Shown piece after piece: positions 8,667 through 18,633 of a stretch of 64,000 bases of DNA; the stretch's first letter is position 1; each line of letters opens with the position of its first letter. The notes beneath the pieces were generated by a model. That model did no database searches. It was given only the letters and a program-made list of their open reading frames with translations, and had not been told where the DNA came from. A program made the position numbers and the translations under genes. Origin of the DNA: an uncultured delta proteobacterium (lineage in GTDB: Bacteria > Desulfobacterota > Binatia > JACPRU01); the NCBI GenBank assembly GCA_963745025.1, contig CAVUWD010000014.1, positions 64,001 through 128,000 on the forward strand, read 5' to 3'.

Positions 8667-10751
8667 ATGAAGCGTCCTTCGCTGGTAGAGGTCGGTCTTT
8701 GGGGGCTGTCGATCGTGCTCGTCCTTTCCCGCCAGAGTCTCGGTGCGGACGAGGCGGGGACGCGGAAGCCTCCGACCGTCGAGGAGATCCAGGCCGCCAC
8801 GGCCCAGGTCGACGACGAGCGGCTGAAGCATCCGCAGCCGGGGGAATGGCTGACCTACAACGGCAGCCCGAACGAGCAACGCTACAGCCCGCTCGATCAG
8901 GTCAATGACAAGAACGTCACCGACCTGAATCTGGTGTGGAGCTTCTCGACGAACTCGATCCGCGGGCTCGAGGCCACGCCGCTCGTGGCCGGCGGCGTGA
9001 TGTACACGACCGCGCCGTGGAGCGTGGTCTTCGCGCTCGACGCACGCACCGGCAAGCAGATCTGGAGCTACGATCCGAAGGTACCGAAGGAGTGGGGACA
9101 GAAGGCGTGCTGCGACGTGGTGAACCGCGGTGTGGCGGTCTACAAGGGCAAGGTCTACGTCGCGACGCTCGACGCGCGGCTGGTGGCGCTGGATGCCGCG
9201 ACCGGAAAGGTCGTGTGGGAAGAGCGGACGACCGAAAAGGACAAGCCCTACACGATCACCGGTGCTCCGCGCATCGTCAACGGCCGTGTGGTGATCGGCA
9301 ACGGCGGCTCCGAGTACGGCGTGCGCGGCTACGTGTCGGCCTACGACGCGGAGAGCGGGAAGCTTGCCTGGCGCACGTACACGGTTCCGGGCGATCCCGG
9401 GAAGCCGTTCGAGTCGGAAGCGATCGAGGAGGCCGCGAGGACCTGGAAAGGCGCCGACAAGTGGCTGAAGGAAGGCGCGGGCGGCACCGCGTGGGACGCG
9501 ATCACGTACGATCCCGAGCTCAACCTACTCTATTTCGGCACCGGCAACGGCGTGTCGTGGGATCGCGATGACCGCAGCCCCGGTGGCGGCGACAACCTCT
9601 ATCTGAGCTCGATCCTCGCGGTGTTCGCCGACACCGGCGAGGTCAAATGGCACTATCAGGTCGTCCCCGGCGACACCTGGGACTTCGACGCCTGCCAGCA
9701 ACTCGTGCTCGCCGATCTCAAGATCGACGGCAAGGTGCGAAAGGTCTTGATGCAGGCGCCGAAGGAGGGCTTCTTCTACGTCATCGATCGCGAGACCGGA
9801 ACCCTGATCTCCGCGAAGCAGTACGCCGACACGGTCACCTGGGCCAAGGCGATCGACATGAAGACCGGCCGGCCGATCGAGAATCCGGATCAGCGCTACG
9901 CCAAGGGCGTATCGCTGGTCATGCCCTCCAATTTCGGCGCCCACAACTGGCACCCGATGTCGTTCAGTCCGAAGACGGGGCTCGTCTACATTCCGGCTCA
10001 AGAGACGGGGGGGGCGTTCGCGAAGGAAGAGAATCCGAAGATCAAGCCGGGCGCCTGGAACCTGGCGATCGACCTCAATCAGTTCCGGGCGTTGAATCGC
10101 CAGAACGCAGGCACGGGGCACCTGCTCGCGTGGGACCCCGTGAAGCAGAAGCCCGCGTGGCGCGTGCAGCATGCGTACCTCTGGAACGGCGGCACGGTCG
10201 CCACGGCCGGCAACCTGGTCTTCCAGGGCACGTCCGACATGCGCTTCGTGGCCTACAGCGCCGACAAGGGAAAGAAGCTCTGGGAGGTGCCCGTCCAGAG
10301 CGGCATCATCGCCGGGCCGATGACCTACATGCTCGACGGCGTGCAGTACGTCACGGTGAGCGCCGGCTGGGGCGGCGCGTTCGCGCTCGCCGGCGGCGAT
10401 GCCGCGCTCGCGACGGGAGCCCGGCCCGGTGGCGCGGTGCTCACCTATGCGCTCGCGAGCAAGGTGCCGCCCATCTCTGCGGCCGCGGTGGATCCCGACG
10501 TCGCGAGAGGCGAAAAGCTCTACCACAGCTACTGCGCGGTCTGTCACGGCGCGGGCGCCGTCTCGGGCGGCCTGGTGCCGGATCTGCGCCACTCGAACGA
10601 GGACGTGAAGAAGAACATGCTGCTGATCACCAAGCACGGTCTTGCGGGAACCGGCATGGCGCCCTTCGGGGCATGGGTGAGCGAGGACGAGGCGCAGCTC
10701 ATCCAGAAGTACATCCGCGCGCGCGCCGACACCGAGAAAAGCGGGAGGTGA
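8667..10751 (+). CDS. PQQ-dependent quinohemoprotein alcohol dehydrogenase (type II), candidate lanthanide-dependent
   Basis: Signal peptide, PQQ beta-propeller W-motifs, vicinal [30 protein letters not shown]; C-terminal cytochrome c CAVCH...GMAPF; AGGAG RBS. Confidence 0.93.
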   Translation: MKRPSLVEVGLWGLSIVLVLSRQSLGADEAGTRKPPTVEEIQAATAQVDDERLKHPQPGEWLTYNGSPNEQRYSPLDQVNDKNVTDLNLVWSFSTNSIRGLEATPLVAGGVMYTTAPWSVVFALDARTGKQIWSYDPKVPKEWGQKACCDVVNRGVAVYKGKVYVATLDARLVALDAATGKVVWEERTTEKDKPYTITGAPRIVNGRVVIGNGGSEYGVRGYVSAYDAESGKLAWRTYTVPGDPGKPFESEAIEEAARTWKGADKWLKEGAGGTAWDAITYDPELNLLYFGTGNGVSWDRDDRSPGGGDNLYLSSILAVFADTGEVKWHYQVVPGDTWDFDACQQLVLADLKIDGKVRKVLMQAPKEGFFYVIDRETGTLISAKQYADTVTWAKAIDMKTGRPIENPDQRYAKGVSLVMPSNFGAHNWHPMSFSPKTGLVYIPAQETGGAFAKEENPKIKPGAWNLAIDLNQFRALNRQNAGTGHLLAWDPVKQKPAWRVQHAYLWNGGTVATAGNLVFQGTSDMRFVAYSADKGKKLWEVPVQSGIIAGPMTYMLDGVQYVTVSAGWGGAFALAGGDAALATGARPGGAVLTYALASKVPPISAAAVDPDVARGEKLYHSYCAVCHGAGAVSGGLVPDLRHSNEDVKKNMLLITKHGLAGTGMAPFGAWVSEDEAQLIQKYIRARADTEKSGR

Positions 10752-10898
10752 CGGTCTCGCACCGTCTCTGACGAGGAGGTTCTGGTGGCGCTGCCGACGT
10801 GGCGGTGGTAGTCGGAAAGTGTAAGCGCGACAGCGCGCGACGCAACGACAACAAGGTCCTGATCGGGGCAACGCCGCTTCTTCGTTATGGGATAGGTC

Positions 10899-11879
10899 AT
10901 GGTGCGCGCCCGCATCATCGGAACCGGAAGCTATGCGCCCGAGACGGTCGTGACAAACCACGATCTCTCGAATCGCATCGAGACCAGCGACGAGTGGATC
11001 TTTACGCGCACCGGAATCCGCGAACGCCGGATCGCCAAAGACGGCGAGCAGACGTCCGACATGGCCGTCGCTGCGGCGAGGCGTGCGCTCGAGATGGCCG
11101 GTGTGAAGCCCTCCGAGCTCGACCTGATCATCGTCGGGACGATCTCCGGAGACATGAAGATGCCGTCTTGTGCGGTCTTCGTCCAAGCGAAACTCGGCGC
11201 ACGCGCGCCCGCATTCGACGTCTCCGCCGCATGCGCCGGATCACTCTACGGTCTTTCTATCGCCGACAAGTTCGTGCGCACGGGTGCCGCGAAACGCGTG
11301 CTCGTGGTCGGTGTCGAGCTCCTCTCACGCCTCCTCGACTGGGAAGACCGGAGTACTTGCGTGCTCTTCGGTGATGCAGCCGGGGCGATGCTGATCGCGC
11401 CCGAGACCGAGAGCGACCGCGGTGTTCTCACGACTCACCTCGATGCCGACGGCACCCTCGCCGCGATCCTAACCATCCCGGGTGGGGGCTCCGTCCATCC
11501 GACGACCCACGAGACCGTGGACGCGCGCCTTCACAAGGTGAAGATGAATGGGCGCGAGGTCTATAAGATCGCAGTGCGCGCGCTGGTCGACACGGTCGAG
11601 AAGAGTCTCGCTGCGAACAAAATGACCGCCGCCGACATCACCCACGTCGTCGCGCACCAAGCGAACATCCGCATCGTGGACGCCGTGTTCGAGAGGCTCG
11701 GAGTTCCCAGGGAGAAGGCGATTCTCAACATCCATCGCTATGGGAATACCTCGAGCGCGTCCGTACCGGTCACGCTCGACGAGGGGGTACGGAGTGGCCG
11801 CATCTTGAAGAACGACATCGTTGCGATGATGGCGATCGGCTCGGGGATGGCCTGGGGGAGTGCTCTCATCCGTTGGTGA
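10899..11879 (+). CDS. fabH: 3-oxoacyl-ACP synthase III
   Basis: Catalytic triad motifs AACAG, AHQAN, GNTSSAS. Confidence 0.95.
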   Translation: MVRARIIGTGSYAPETVVTNHDLSNRIETSDEWIFTRTGIRERRIAKDGEQTSDMAVAAARRALEMAGVKPSELDLIIVGTISGDMKMPSCAVFVQAKLGARAPAFDVSAACAGSLYGLSIADKFVRTGAAKRVLVVGVELLSRLLDWEDRSTCVLFGDAAGAMLIAPETESDRGVLTTHLDADGTLAAILTIPGGGSVHPTTHETVDARLHKVKMNGREVYKIAVRALVDTVEKSLAANKMTAADITHVVAHQANIRIVDAVFERLGVPREKAILNIHRYGNTSSASVPVTLDEGVRSGRILKNDIVAMMAIGSGMAWGSALIRW

Positions 11880-11908
11880 TCGGCCAAGGGGGGGGCAGAG
11901 CACACTCG

Positions 11909-13057
11909 ATGACACGAGGAGAAGGGAAGCCGGTTGACGTTCTCATCATCGGCGCGGGCATCGCGGGCGCATCGCTCTCCTACTTCCTGAGCGAGCACGG
12001 CGTGAGCGACGTGCTCGTGATCGAGCGCGAAAGCCAGCCGGGCTACCACGCCACCGGACGAAGCGCTGCGACTCTCGTCGAGCTCGATTCGATCCCGGAG
12101 CTCCAGAAGCTCAAGATGTTGGGTGCCCGCTTTCTACGCGAGCCGCCGGCAGGCTTCGCGACGAACCCGGTGCTCGAGCGCACGGGCGTGCTCAGCCTGC
12201 TTCGCGAGCCGCAATGGAGCGGGCTGCGCCAGGCGGCAACCGCATCCCAGCCAGACGGGTTGCGCTTCGAGCTGCTGACGCCCCGGGAGGCGAGCGAGCG
12301 CCTCGACGGAGTGTTGCAGGAGGGCGAACTCACCGGCGCAGCCTGGTTGCCCGACGACGGCTTCATCGACATCCACGAGCTGCTCACCAGTTACATGGGT
12401 CACGCGAAGCGCCGCGGCATCGAGTTTCGATTCGGCGTCGAGGTCGCCGGCATCGTTCGCGAGGGCGGCGAGTGCCGGGGAATCTCGACGACGGCCGGCC
12501 TCATCCGGGCGCGACGCGTCGTGAACGCAGCGGGGGCGTGGGTCGGTGAGATCGCCCGGGCGGCGGGTACGACTCCGATCGAGTTCCGGCCGTTACGCCG
12601 CAGCATCGCGATCCTCCCAGCCCCGGCGGGCATCGATGTGCGTCGCTGGCCGATGGTGTGGAGCGATCCGCACAACGTCTACTTTCGCCCCGAGTCGGGC
12701 GGGCTCCTCTTCTGCCCGATGGACGAGGTGGCGATGGCGCCGTGCGATGCCAGCCCCGATGAGGAGATCATCGCCGAGGGGCTCGAGCGTCTGCGCGCAC
12801 TCGCGCCCGCGCTGGTGCCCCGCGTACTGGGCCGGCGCTGGGCCGGTCTGCGGACCTTCTCTCCCGACCGCGTGCCCGTGGTCGGCGACGACCCCGCCCT
12901 GCCGGGGTTCTTCTGGCTCGCCGGTCAGGGTGGCTGCGGAATAGAAACCAGCCCTGCTCTCGGCCAGATCGCCGCCGACCTCATCGCCACCGGCAAGACG
13001 AACCTGTTCGACGCCGCCGCCCTGTCACCGGCGCGATTCGCCGCCTTGCCGGCGTGA
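11909..13057 (+). CDS. FAD-dependent oxidoreductase (DAO/sarcosine oxidase beta family)
   Basis: IIGAGIAG, HATGRSAA, VNAAGAW, WAGLRTFSPD, GQGGCGI. Confidence 0.9.
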   Translation: MTRGEGKPVDVLIIGAGIAGASLSYFLSEHGVSDVLVIERESQPGYHATGRSAATLVELDSIPELQKLKMLGARFLREPPAGFATNPVLERTGVLSLLREPQWSGLRQAATASQPDGLRFELLTPREASERLDGVLQEGELTGAAWLPDDGFIDIHELLTSYMGHAKRRGIEFRFGVEVAGIVREGGECRGISTTAGLIRARRVVNAAGAWVGEIARAAGTTPIEFRPLRRSIAILPAPAGIDVRRWPMVWSDPHNVYFRPESGGLLFCPMDEVAMAPCDASPDEEIIAEGLERLRALAPALVPRVLGRRWAGLRTFSPDRVPVVGDDPALPGFFWLAGQGGCGIETSPALGQIAADLIATGKTNLFDAAALSPARFAALPA

Positions 13058-13222
13058 ACGGTGCGACTCGGGGTCTGGAGCCATCGGATGGGCCGCCTTC
13101 CTGCCGGCCCATCACCGCGCGATCATGGCCCACCTTCCGGCAGCTGCTCGCTCGCCTGGGTCACACGGTTCCCAATTCTGAGAGCGTTGTCCGTAACGAT
13201 TCTCATGGCTCGGAAGCGCGAG

Positions 13223-13660
13223 CTAGGGAACGCACAGAACCGGAACCCGCGCGCCGCGCAGGACTTTCTCGGCCGTGCTGCCGAACAAGAGCTCCTCGAC
13301 GCTCCCCTCCGCACTGCGGCTGCCGATCACGATGAGGTCGCACTCGAGGTCGCCGGCGATCTTGATGATCTCGGCGAACGGCACGCCTTCGACGACCATG
13401 CGTTCGAACTTGCCGGCGACCGATCGCTCGACGTCGTCGAGCTGGCCCTCGGCGCGTGCGCGCATTCGCGTCACCGCCTCCGCGTACGAGCAGATGCCCG
13501 TAGCCTCGAGGTGCCGCGCGAGTTCCACGTCGACGACGTGAACCGCAGTGATCTCGGCGGCCGGGGAGTACCAGGCGATCGCGGTCTCGAGCACGCGTCG
13601 CGAAGATGCCGAGAGATCGACCGCGACCAGCACGGCGGTAGGCACCGGGCGCGCGCTCAC
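13223..13660 (-). CDS. Universal stress protein (UspA family)
   Basis: VLVAVDLS, CDLIVIGSR, LLFGSTAEKVLR..VPVLCVP; 145 aa from GTG 13660. Confidence 0.9.
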   Translation of the reverse strand: MSARPVPTAVLVAVDLSASSRRVLETAIAWYSPAAEITAVHVVDVELARHLEATGICSYAEAVTRMRARAEGQLDDVERSVAGKFERMVVEGVPFAEIIKIAGDLECDLIVIGSRSAEGSVEELLFGSTAEKVLRGARVPVLCVP

Positions 13661-13827
13661 CGTCCGCCTCTCGGTGCGGCGGTTCGGCAGCCGCGATCGG
13701 GGAGCGCGCGAATCGCGTCGGCGGGTACCCGCCGGGTCAATGGTCGTACCTCCTCTCTCGAGCGCATCTGCTCCAGGTTCCGATCCGCGAGCACGAGGGC
13801 GCGGGCAATCCAGAGTATGGTGATCAT
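13657..13827 (-). CDS. Small unannotated protein (56 aa) coupled to usp
   Basis: GGAG RBS, ATG 13827, MITILWIARALVLADRNLEQMRSREEV...GGR*; stop overlaps the usp start (GTGA). Confidence 0.4.
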   Translation of the reverse strand: MITILWIARALVLADRNLEQMRSREEVRPLTRRVPADAIRALPDRGCRTAAPRGGR

Positions 13828-13856
13828 AGTTCAATCTCCCCTGGCTCGTAAGCAGA

Positions 13857-13872
13857 TGCACGGATCGTGCCC
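13857..13872 (-). promoter_or_regulatory. Possible sigma54 -24/-12 promoter
   Basis: Minus strand GGGCACG-ATCC-GTGCA fits the GG-N10-GC spacing of TGGCACG-N4-TTGCW. Confidence 0.4.
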
Positions 13873-14043
13873 TGGGAGAGGGCTGACGGCTTCTACGAGC
13901 GGCGGAAGGACGTCGATCGGACGTCTACTTCGCTGTACCCGGGCCAATAGCGAAATAAAGACCAAAACGGTGCTTCGGTGCGCCTCGGGTCGCTTCAAGT
14001 ATACGCCGTGGGATATCGTCCGGTCCTCACGAAAGGAGATCTC

Positions 14044-14553
14044 ATGAACCCCAACGATGCCATCCGCCTATTCGCCAAGACCCTGCAGAATCTCGAACGT
14101 TGGATGGACAAGGCCACCGCACACGCGAAGGCCAAGTCCTTCGATATCGACGTGCTTGCCCAGGCACGGCTGGCGCCGGATCAGTACGCCTTCGTCGGCC
14201 AGGTGCAGTCCGCCTGCGACCAGGCGAAGTACGCGGCCGCGTACCTCGGCAACAAGACGGCGCCGTCCCACCCGGACACGGAACAGACGTTCGCCGAGCT
14301 CCGGCAGCGGATCCAGAAGTGCCTCAGCTTCGTCGAGACCGTGCAGGAGAATGATCTGGCTGGAGCGGACGAGCGGAAAGTGGCTCCGCCTTGGCTCGGC
14401 GGCAGATGGCTCCGCGGCGACGACTACCTGGTGCACATCGCGCTGCCGAACTTCTTCTTCCATGCGACGATGGCGTACGCGATCCTCCGCCACAACGGCG
14501 TCGATCTCGGCAAGATGGACTACATCGGATCGATCCCGACGAGGGAAGGCTGA
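14044..14553 (+). CDS. DUF1993 / DinB-like helical protein
   Basis: ARLAPDQ, QVQSACD, PNFFFHATMAYAILRHNGVDLGK.DY; AAGGAG RBS. Confidence 0.9.
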   Translation: MNPNDAIRLFAKTLQNLERWMDKATAHAKAKSFDIDVLAQARLAPDQYAFVGQVQSACDQAKYAAAYLGNKTAPSHPDTEQTFAELRQRIQKCLSFVETVQENDLAGADERKVAPPWLGGRWLRGDDYLVHIALPNFFFHATMAYAILRHNGVDLGKMDYIGSIPTREG

Positions 14554-14709
14554 CGTCAGGCGGCATCGATCTCTTGAACGCTCGATCGCCGGTGGCGTCT
14601 ACGGGAAACACTGACAGCACGGGTGAAGGCGGCTTCCCCTGAACGTCGGATCGAAGTAGTCGAACTCCGGGAGACCGAGATCGGCGACGAGCGTGGGAGA
14701 CTACCCACC

Positions 14710-15627
14710 ATGAACGAGAAGCCCGCGTGGCTCCGTGAGCTCTTCCCGTGGGAGCAGCAAACGCTCCGCGTGAACGGGCGCTCGATGGCATACGTCGACG
14801 AGGGCGAGCGCGGGACGCGGCCGGTCGTCCTCCTCCACGGGAACCCGACGTGGGGCTTTCTCTATCGCGACTTCGTCGGGCCGTTGAAGCGCGCCGGCTA
14901 CCGCGTCGTCGTCCCCGATTGGATCGGCGCCGGCTACTCCGACCACCCGCGCCTCGACGCCGCGTACTCGCTCGCGCACCACGCGGCCGACCTCGTGTCG
15001 CTGATCGACCAGCTCGATCTCCGGGGCTTCGTGATCGTCGGGCAGGACTGGGGCGGACCGCAGGGCGTCGGCGCCGCGCTCCGGCGGCTCGACCGCCTGG
15101 CGGCGCTCGTCCTGATGAACACTTGGCTCTTCACGGGTTATGCCGGGAAGTTCCATTCCTCTCCGCGGCCGTGGACGACGTGGCACGCGCCCCTGGTCGG
15201 CCAACTGCCGATGAAGCGCTGGAAGGTGCTGTCGCATGCGGGGCCCTCCGCCGTCACGCGGCGGGGATTGAGCGAGGCGGAGAAGCGCGCCTACCATCAC
15301 GTCTTCGACGAGCCGGAGTCGGATACCGTGGTGCTTACCTGGCCGCGGACGATCCCGATGCGCGAGGGGGACCGCGGCTGGGCGGACATGAAGGAGATCG
15401 AGCGCCGCCTCCCCGAGCTCGCGAGCACGCCGACGCTTCTTCTCTGGGCGCCGGAGGACAACGTCTTCCCGATCGAGTACGCGAACCGGATGAAGGAGCT
15501 CCTGCCGCACGCGGAGGGCCCGATCCTCTTCGACCGCGCGGCGCACTTTCTCCAAGATGATCGTGGCCCGGACCTCGTCGCCGCGATCGTGCCGTTTCTC
15601 GACCGCACCGTCGGGAGCCGCCGATGA
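14710..15627 (+). CDS. Alpha/beta hydrolase, haloalkane dehalogenase/OleB family
   Basis: HGNPTW, GQDWGG (Asp nucleophile followed by Trp), AAHFLQDD. Confidence 0.85.
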   Translation: MNEKPAWLRELFPWEQQTLRVNGRSMAYVDEGERGTRPVVLLHGNPTWGFLYRDFVGPLKRAGYRVVVPDWIGAGYSDHPRLDAAYSLAHHAADLVSLIDQLDLRGFVIVGQDWGGPQGVGAALRRLDRLAALVLMNTWLFTGYAGKFHSSPRPWTTWHAPLVGQLPMKRWKVLSHAGPSAVTRRGLSEAEKRAYHHVFDEPESDTVVLTWPRTIPMREGDRGWADMKEIERRLPELASTPTLLLWAPEDNVFPIEYANRMKELLPHAEGPILFDRAAHFLQDDRGPDLVAAIVPFLDRTVGSRR

Positions 15628-16001
15628 AGTTCGTGACGGCCCCGACGCCCGAAGAGCTCGCCGCCCTCCGTGCCGATCCTCTCCTCTGGGAGCAGGAGCT
15701 CGACGTACGACCCGAGGTCGCCGAGTCGATCGAGCGCGCGCTCGGGTTCCGCGCCGGGCGGGCCTACTGGCAATCGGCGCGTGGCCACCTCTACGCGCTC
15801 GAGCTCGCGGATCTCGGGCGCGGCCGGCCATCGATGGCGATCGTGTACGGCTTCTGGTCGCGCTGGGAGCCGCGGCCGGCCGAGGACGTCATCGACGCCG
15901 ATCTCGTCGACTTCTGCCTGTGGTTCGCCGAAGCCGCCGACGGGCTCGAGCGGGAGGACGTCGAGCGGGTGTTCGAGCGCGCACGGCGACGGCCGGCGTG
16001 A
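15624..16001 (+). CDS. Hypothetical protein (125 aa, acidic)
   Basis: ATGA overlap with the upstream hydrolase; GC-rich third positions. Confidence 0.65.
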   Translation: MKFVTAPTPEELAALRADPLLWEQELDVRPEVAESIERALGFRAGRAYWQSARGHLYALELADLGRGRPSMAIVYGFWSRWEPRPAEDVIDADLVDFCLWFAEAADGLEREDVERVFERARRRPA

Positions 16002-16219
16002 CGCCGTGCTTCGGCGTCGTCATTCCCGCGGGCCGCTTTCCATCTCCCGCTTCAATGCCGAAGACGGTCGCCCGGTCCCTCTTCGGTTCGCCTCGGTCCG
16101 GAATTTGCGCCGGTGGCGTCGGCATCGGGCGCCCGAGCCGCGCGCAGCGAATGCGGGGCGAAGCCCCGGGGCGGCAAGACGAGCGTGACGGCGGCGTGGA
16201 ATGGAATTCGGTCGAGCGG

Positions 16220-16696
16220 TCAGCCTGCGGTTTCGCTGAGCCGATCGGTCGGAATGCATCCTTCTCGGCCCCGAAGGTTCCCGGACAGGATTCTAACCTT
16301 TGCCATCAGCCCGCATTCGCCCAGGATCTCTACCTTGGTCCCATGCGCGACTTCGCCGAGCTGAAAAGGCGCGCATGCGTCCTGATCTTGCCGGTCGGCC
16401 GAAGGACTCACCTCCGAACGTACCAGGTCGTCGATCCGCCTTTTCGCATCTCGCTTCCTCGCCTCGATCACCTGAGCGCAATCCTCGAGGGCCGTGGACG
16501 TCTGCCAAGCCATTGCGTTCGGTTGGCTCGCGCCGTCCCTGTTCTCGCCGGCATTCACGAACCGAAATACCGGCGTGACGGCAGCTTCTCGACTAGCGGG
16601 TGCGACCACGCTTTCGATCAACCGGCCTATGGCAAGCCACGCCACTGCGCCGAACAACAGCACCGCTCCGAGGACCGAGATGTTCTTCGTCTTCAC
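16220..16696 (-). CDS. Hypothetical membrane-anchored or secreted protein
   Basis: N-terminal hydrophobic segment; C-terminal GTKVEILG..AKVRIL.G...EGCIP resembles an SH3-like fold. Confidence 0.55.
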   Translation of the reverse strand: MKTKNISVLGAVLLFGAVAWLAIGRLIESVVAPASREAAVTPVFRFVNAGENRDGASQPNAMAWQTSTALEDCAQVIEARKRDAKRRIDDLVRSEVSPSADRQDQDACAPFQLGEVAHGTKVEILGECGLMAKVRILSGNLRGREGCIPTDRLSETAG

Positions 16697-16993
16697 AACT
16701 CCGATTCGAAACGCAGCTTCTCCCGGGTGAGCACTGCGACGGCTCCTCATGGGCGATCGGAGCGCCGAACGGCGCGAAGATCAAGGACCCGGCATGCGAT
16801 CCCCCGCGAAATTTCGAGACACGACGTGTTCTTTGCCGGTGGCCGCATGCCAAGAGCCGTCCGTTCAGCCGCCGGCCGCTCTTGCGCGGCTCTCTGTCGT
16901 CGGAGAGAGTCCGGCAGGCACCCTCGTGGCTCTCCTCGGCGACGTCATGGCGGCACACCGCGGCGCTCGATCGCTCGATCACCGGGTCGGCGC

Positions 16994-18415
16994 GTGACCG
17001 GCCGCCTCGACTTCGCCACGAAGCTCTCCTACGGCCTCGGCTCGGTCGCCTTCGGCGTCAAGGACAACGGCTTCTCGTTTTTCCTGCTCCTCTACTACAA
17101 CCAGGTGCTCGGTCTGCCGGAAGCGTGGGTCGGTCTCGGCATCATGGTAGCGCTCATGATCGACGCCGTCGTCGACCCGGTCATCGGTCACCTCTCCGAT
17201 CATCTCCACGCTCGCTGGGGCCGCCGACATCCGTTCATGTACGCGTCCGCGGTCCCGGTCGCGGTCGTGTACTGGCTCTTGTGGAATCCACCCACTCACT
17301 TGCCGCCCGCGCCGCTCTTCGGCTACTTTCTGCTCGTCTCCGTGATCGTGCGGATCGCGATCTCGGTCTACGAGATCCCCAGTGCGTCGTTGGCGCCCGA
17401 GCTGACCGACCACTACGACGAACGCACCTCGATCATCAGCTATCGCTTCTTCTTCGGCTGGTGGGGCGGCCTCGGCATGACCGTGCTCGCCTACGCGTTG
17501 TTCCTGCAACCCGACGCCGCGCACCCGGTCGGCGTGCTGAATCCGGAAGGCTACCGCCGTTACGGCCTCGCCGCGGCGATCCTCATCCTGCTCGCGATCC
17601 TCGTCTCTGCCGTCGGGACGCATGGCTTCATCCCCTATCTGAAGCAGCCCCCGGCGAAACGACACCTCGGAGTCCGCGGCATATTTCGCGAGCTCGGCGA
17701 GACGCTTTCGAACCGTTCCTTCCTCGCGCTCTTCTGTGCCGGAGTGTGCGCCGCCATGGCGGCCGGTCTCGCGGCAGCGCTCTCCATCTACGTCAACACG
17801 TACTTCTGGGAGCTGACGTCGAGCCAGATCTCGGTGCTCGTCTTGAGCTCGTTCGTGTCGGCCGTGGTGGCCCTCGCCGCGACGCCGATCGTATCGAGGC
17901 GGTTCGGGAAGAAGCGTGCGGCGATCGGAGTGTCGCTCGCCGCGATCACCCTCGGTCCGGCGCCGATCGTGCTTCGCCTGTTCGACGCTTTCCCCGCGAA
18001 CGGTTCGCCGAAGCTGATGCCGCTCTTGCTCGTCGCCAATCTCGTCACCACCACGCTGGTGATCATGTCCGGCATTCTTGGCTCCTCGATGGGCGCGGAC
18101 ATCGTCGAGGACAGCGAGCTGTCGACGGGCCGCCGGTCCGAAGGAGTCTTCGTGGCCGCGAACGCCTTCGTGCAGAAGGCGGTATCCGGAGTGGGGATCT
18201 TCGCCTCGACCCTGCTGCTCGGCTTCATCGGCTTCCCGAGGGATGCGAAGCCCGGCGCGGTCGATCCGGCGGTGGTGCGGCACCTCGGCCTGGTCTTCGC
18301 ACCGGCGACCGTGGTGCTCTATCTGATCGCGATCGGCTTCCTCGCGACGTATCGGATCAGTCGGGAGCGCCACGAGGCGAACCTCGAGAAGCTCGCCGAG
18401 AAGGCGCGCTCGTGA
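16994..18415 (+). CDS. MFS transporter, glycoside-pentoside-hexuronide (MelB-like) family
   Basis: DAVVDPVIGHLSD, WGRRHPF, ELTDHYDERT, GRRSEG; about 12 TM segments. Confidence 0.92.
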   Translation: MTGRLDFATKLSYGLGSVAFGVKDNGFSFFLLLYYNQVLGLPEAWVGLGIMVALMIDAVVDPVIGHLSDHLHARWGRRHPFMYASAVPVAVVYWLLWNPPTHLPPAPLFGYFLLVSVIVRIAISVYEIPSASLAPELTDHYDERTSIISYRFFFGWWGGLGMTVLAYALFLQPDAAHPVGVLNPEGYRRYGLAAAILILLAILVSAVGTHGFIPYLKQPPAKRHLGVRGIFRELGETLSNRSFLALFCAGVCAAMAAGLAAALSIYVNTYFWELTSSQISVLVLSSFVSAVVALAATPIVSRRFGKKRAAIGVSLAAITLGPAPIVLRLFDAFPANGSPKLMPLLLVANLVTTTLVIMSGILGSSMGADIVEDSELSTGRRSEGVFVAANAFVQKAVSGVGIFASTLLLGFIGFPRDAKPGAVDPAVVRHLGLVFAPATVVLYLIAIGFLATYRISRERHEANLEKLAEKARS

Positions 18416-18552
18416 AGGTCGTCCGCGAGACGCCGAACCCTGGCAAGGCCTGGACTCTCGACCCCTATGACCGAGGCAAGACGTGGTCCCATGGCGCGGC
18501 CGAGATCGAGACGAGTCACGATGGCGGACGCACGTGGAGCCCGCCGCTCACG
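18412..18552 (+). pseudogene. Relic of an Asp-box (BNR/sialidase-like) protein
   Basis: GTG overlapping the MFS stop; encodes DRGKTW and SHDGGRTWS Asp-boxes, in frame with the downstream phosphoesterase. Confidence 0.5.
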
Positions 18553-18633
18553 TGTCGATTCGGAGCGACGAATCCCGATCCGCAGCGCTCGGTCTCGAGC
18601 GCTCGGCTCGGTGAGCATCGCCAGCGCGAGGGC

